A stretch of 64,000 bases of DNA from Malacoraja senta (Eukaryota), in assembly GCA_038087875.1 (NCBI GenBank), contig JAXLNO010000612.1, forward strand, positions 1 to 64,000, in the 5' to 3' direction. Every line of letters begins with the position of its first letter. Positions within the stretch are counted from its first letter, which is position 1. The notes below the pieces were generated by a model, which made no database searches, was not told the origin of the DNA, and was given only the letters and a program-made list of their open reading frames with translations. Position numbers and translations under genes: made by a program. Shown here one piece after another: positions 61,909 to 64,000 of the stretch.

Positions 61909-64000
61909 TATTCTTCATTTACTTCGAAATCTAGAGGTACGGCAATCATTATACGAAAAGGTATACCATTTAAAGGAAAGAATATCATAACAGACATCGA
62001 AGGGAGATACTTAATAGTTGATGGAGAAATTCATGATACTCCAATTACCTTGGTAAATATATATGCGCCTAACTTTGACAACACTCATTTTTAAAATAAA
62101 ATTTTCAACATAATTGCAGAGTCTAACTATCAAAATGTTATAGTAGGAGGAGACTTTAACTGTGTTTTAGATCCGTATTTAGATAAATCAAGCCAAAAAC
62201 AGAGAGGGAATATGAAATCTAAAACTGGTGAACTTCTCAATGCTTACATAAACAATACTAATATAGCAGATGTATGGAGAATTGGTAATCCAACTGGCAG
62301 GGAATACTCCTTTTATTCAATGGTACACAAAACCATAGACTATTTCCTGGTGGATACAAAATTAATCCCTTATACTTTTAACCCAATATACTATACAAAT
62401 TCGATTTCAGATCATTCACCATTAACTTTCTTTTTAAAACTGGAAGGAATGTCTAAGAATAAATCGTTTTGGAGATTTAATTCTCAAATCCTAAAAGACC
62501 CACAAGCGAGTATATATTTAAAAGAACAAATGGATGCCTTTTTTCAAATAAATGACACTCCAGATATATCGCCTACTGTATTATGGAAATCTTTTAAAGC
62601 ATACATCAGGGGTATTATAATTTCATATCAATCTTTTCAAAATAAAAAGAATAAGAATGAACAAAGACAGTTAGAAGAACTTATTAGACAAATGGATAAA
62701 GATAATGCTAAAGATCCATCAATAGATAAACATAATAAAATAATAATTTTGAAATTTAAATTAAATAAACTATTATCAGCCAAATTTATAAGACTTTTTC
62801 AAATTACAAAACAAGAGCACTTTGAATTTGGGGATAAACCGCGTAAACTTTTGGCTCGCCAGCTAAAAAAACGAGAAAAAGAACATACGATCCCAAAGAT
62901 TAAATCAGATAAAGGGGAATTATTAACCATACCGAAGGATATTAATAACAGATTTGCGCAATTTTATGAGAATTTGTATACATCTAAAACGACAACTGAC
63001 TCCAATAAAATCACAGAGTTTTTGGATAATTGTAATCTTCCAAAGTTAGAGTTGAAGGAACAAGAGGAATTGGGTGCACAAATCTCAATTAAGGAATTAG
63101 AAGATACAATAAACTCACTAAAGAATGGAAAAACACCAGGTCCTGATGGATTTACTAATGAATTTTATAAAAGCTTCTATGACAAAATTATACCAAGATT
63201 ACAAAAAATGTACCAATATGCTTTTAAAAAACAAATACTACCTGATACATTAGCAGAATCAACGATTACACTAATACTTAAGAAAGACAAAGATATAGAA
63301 GAACCGGGTTCATATAGAGCTATAGCATTGTTAAACACACATCAAAAAATATTAGCAAAAACATTAGCTAGAAGATTAAGTAAATATATTAGTAAACTAA
63401 TAAACCCAGATCAGACGGGGTTTATCCCTAAGAGATACTCATCTAACAATATGAGATGTTTACTCAACATAATGCACTCACACAAATCTGAAGAACAAGA
63501 ATTATCAATTATTTCGCTGGATGCTGAAAAAGCATTTGACCAAGTAGAATGGAATTATATGGATAAAGTATTACAAAAATTCCAACTGGGAGAGAATTTT
63601 ATTCTATGGATTAAATTATTATATAATAAACCTACAGCTAGAATACTAACTGATAACATATTATCCTCGAAATTTCAACTATCAAGGTGAATAGACAAGG
63701 ATGCTCATTATCACCACAGTTGTTTGCTCTTATTACTGAACCGTTAGCAGAAAAAATTAGAATACACCCTGATATCCATGGGTATAATACTAAAGATTCA
63801 AATAATAAAATATCTTTATACGCGGATGATATATTACTGTACATTACAAAACCTCAAATTACTATACCAAATATATTAAATTTAATTGAAGACTTTGGAT
63901 CTTTTTCTGGATACAGAATAAATTGGAATAAAAGTGAAATTATGTCAATAAAACCGAAAGATTCAACACATCTTTTAAAATTCCCTTTTAAAATATTTAC
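61909..64000 (+). mobile_element. L1-clade LINE ORF2 (APE endonuclease and RT), 5'-truncated, inactivated, running off the window
   Basis: SKSRGTAI, LVNIYAPN, GGDFN, IDYF, SDHSP, KTPGPDGF, DQTGF, ISLDAEKAFD, QGCSLSP, YADD; stop at ~62092, frameshift at ~63690; very AT-rich. Confidence 0.93.

Noticed and set aside
62212..63690. 492-aa ORF as a host gene or active element
   Set aside because: L1 ORF2 fragment that is 5'-truncated, with an upstream stop and a downstream frameshift

Overview
Eukaryotic, repeat-dense genomic DNA, almost certainly from a cartilaginous fish (probably a skate or ray; inferred from HE1-type V-SINEs and HER1/CR1 LINEs). Most of the window is transposon-derived and heavily nested. 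It holds CR1, L2, Rex1/Babar, RTE and L1-clade LINE fragments, Penelope-like elements and their short hammerhead-motif ends, tRNA-headed SINEs, nine PIF/Harbinger-type MITE copies (TAA/TTA target sites, shared GCCTGTCCCACT-like ends), two non-autonomous Helitrons, and Tc1 and hAT transposase fossils. No intact autonomous element is visible, and nearly all long ORFs in the track are TE remnants or shadows of them. The non-repetitive spacers contain phase-compatible candidate exons of an unidentified minus-strand host gene (53159-53024, 52948-52859, 26754-26514, 3555-3389), so most of the window may be intronic. I see no clearly novel system. The best leads are the unidentified gene, the Penelope-derived hammerhead and fold-back elements, the CpG-rich Harbinger MITE family with a shared central palindrome, cargo in one Helitron, and an isolated 20-bp-stem hairpin. 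Boundaries of degraded repeats are approximate.
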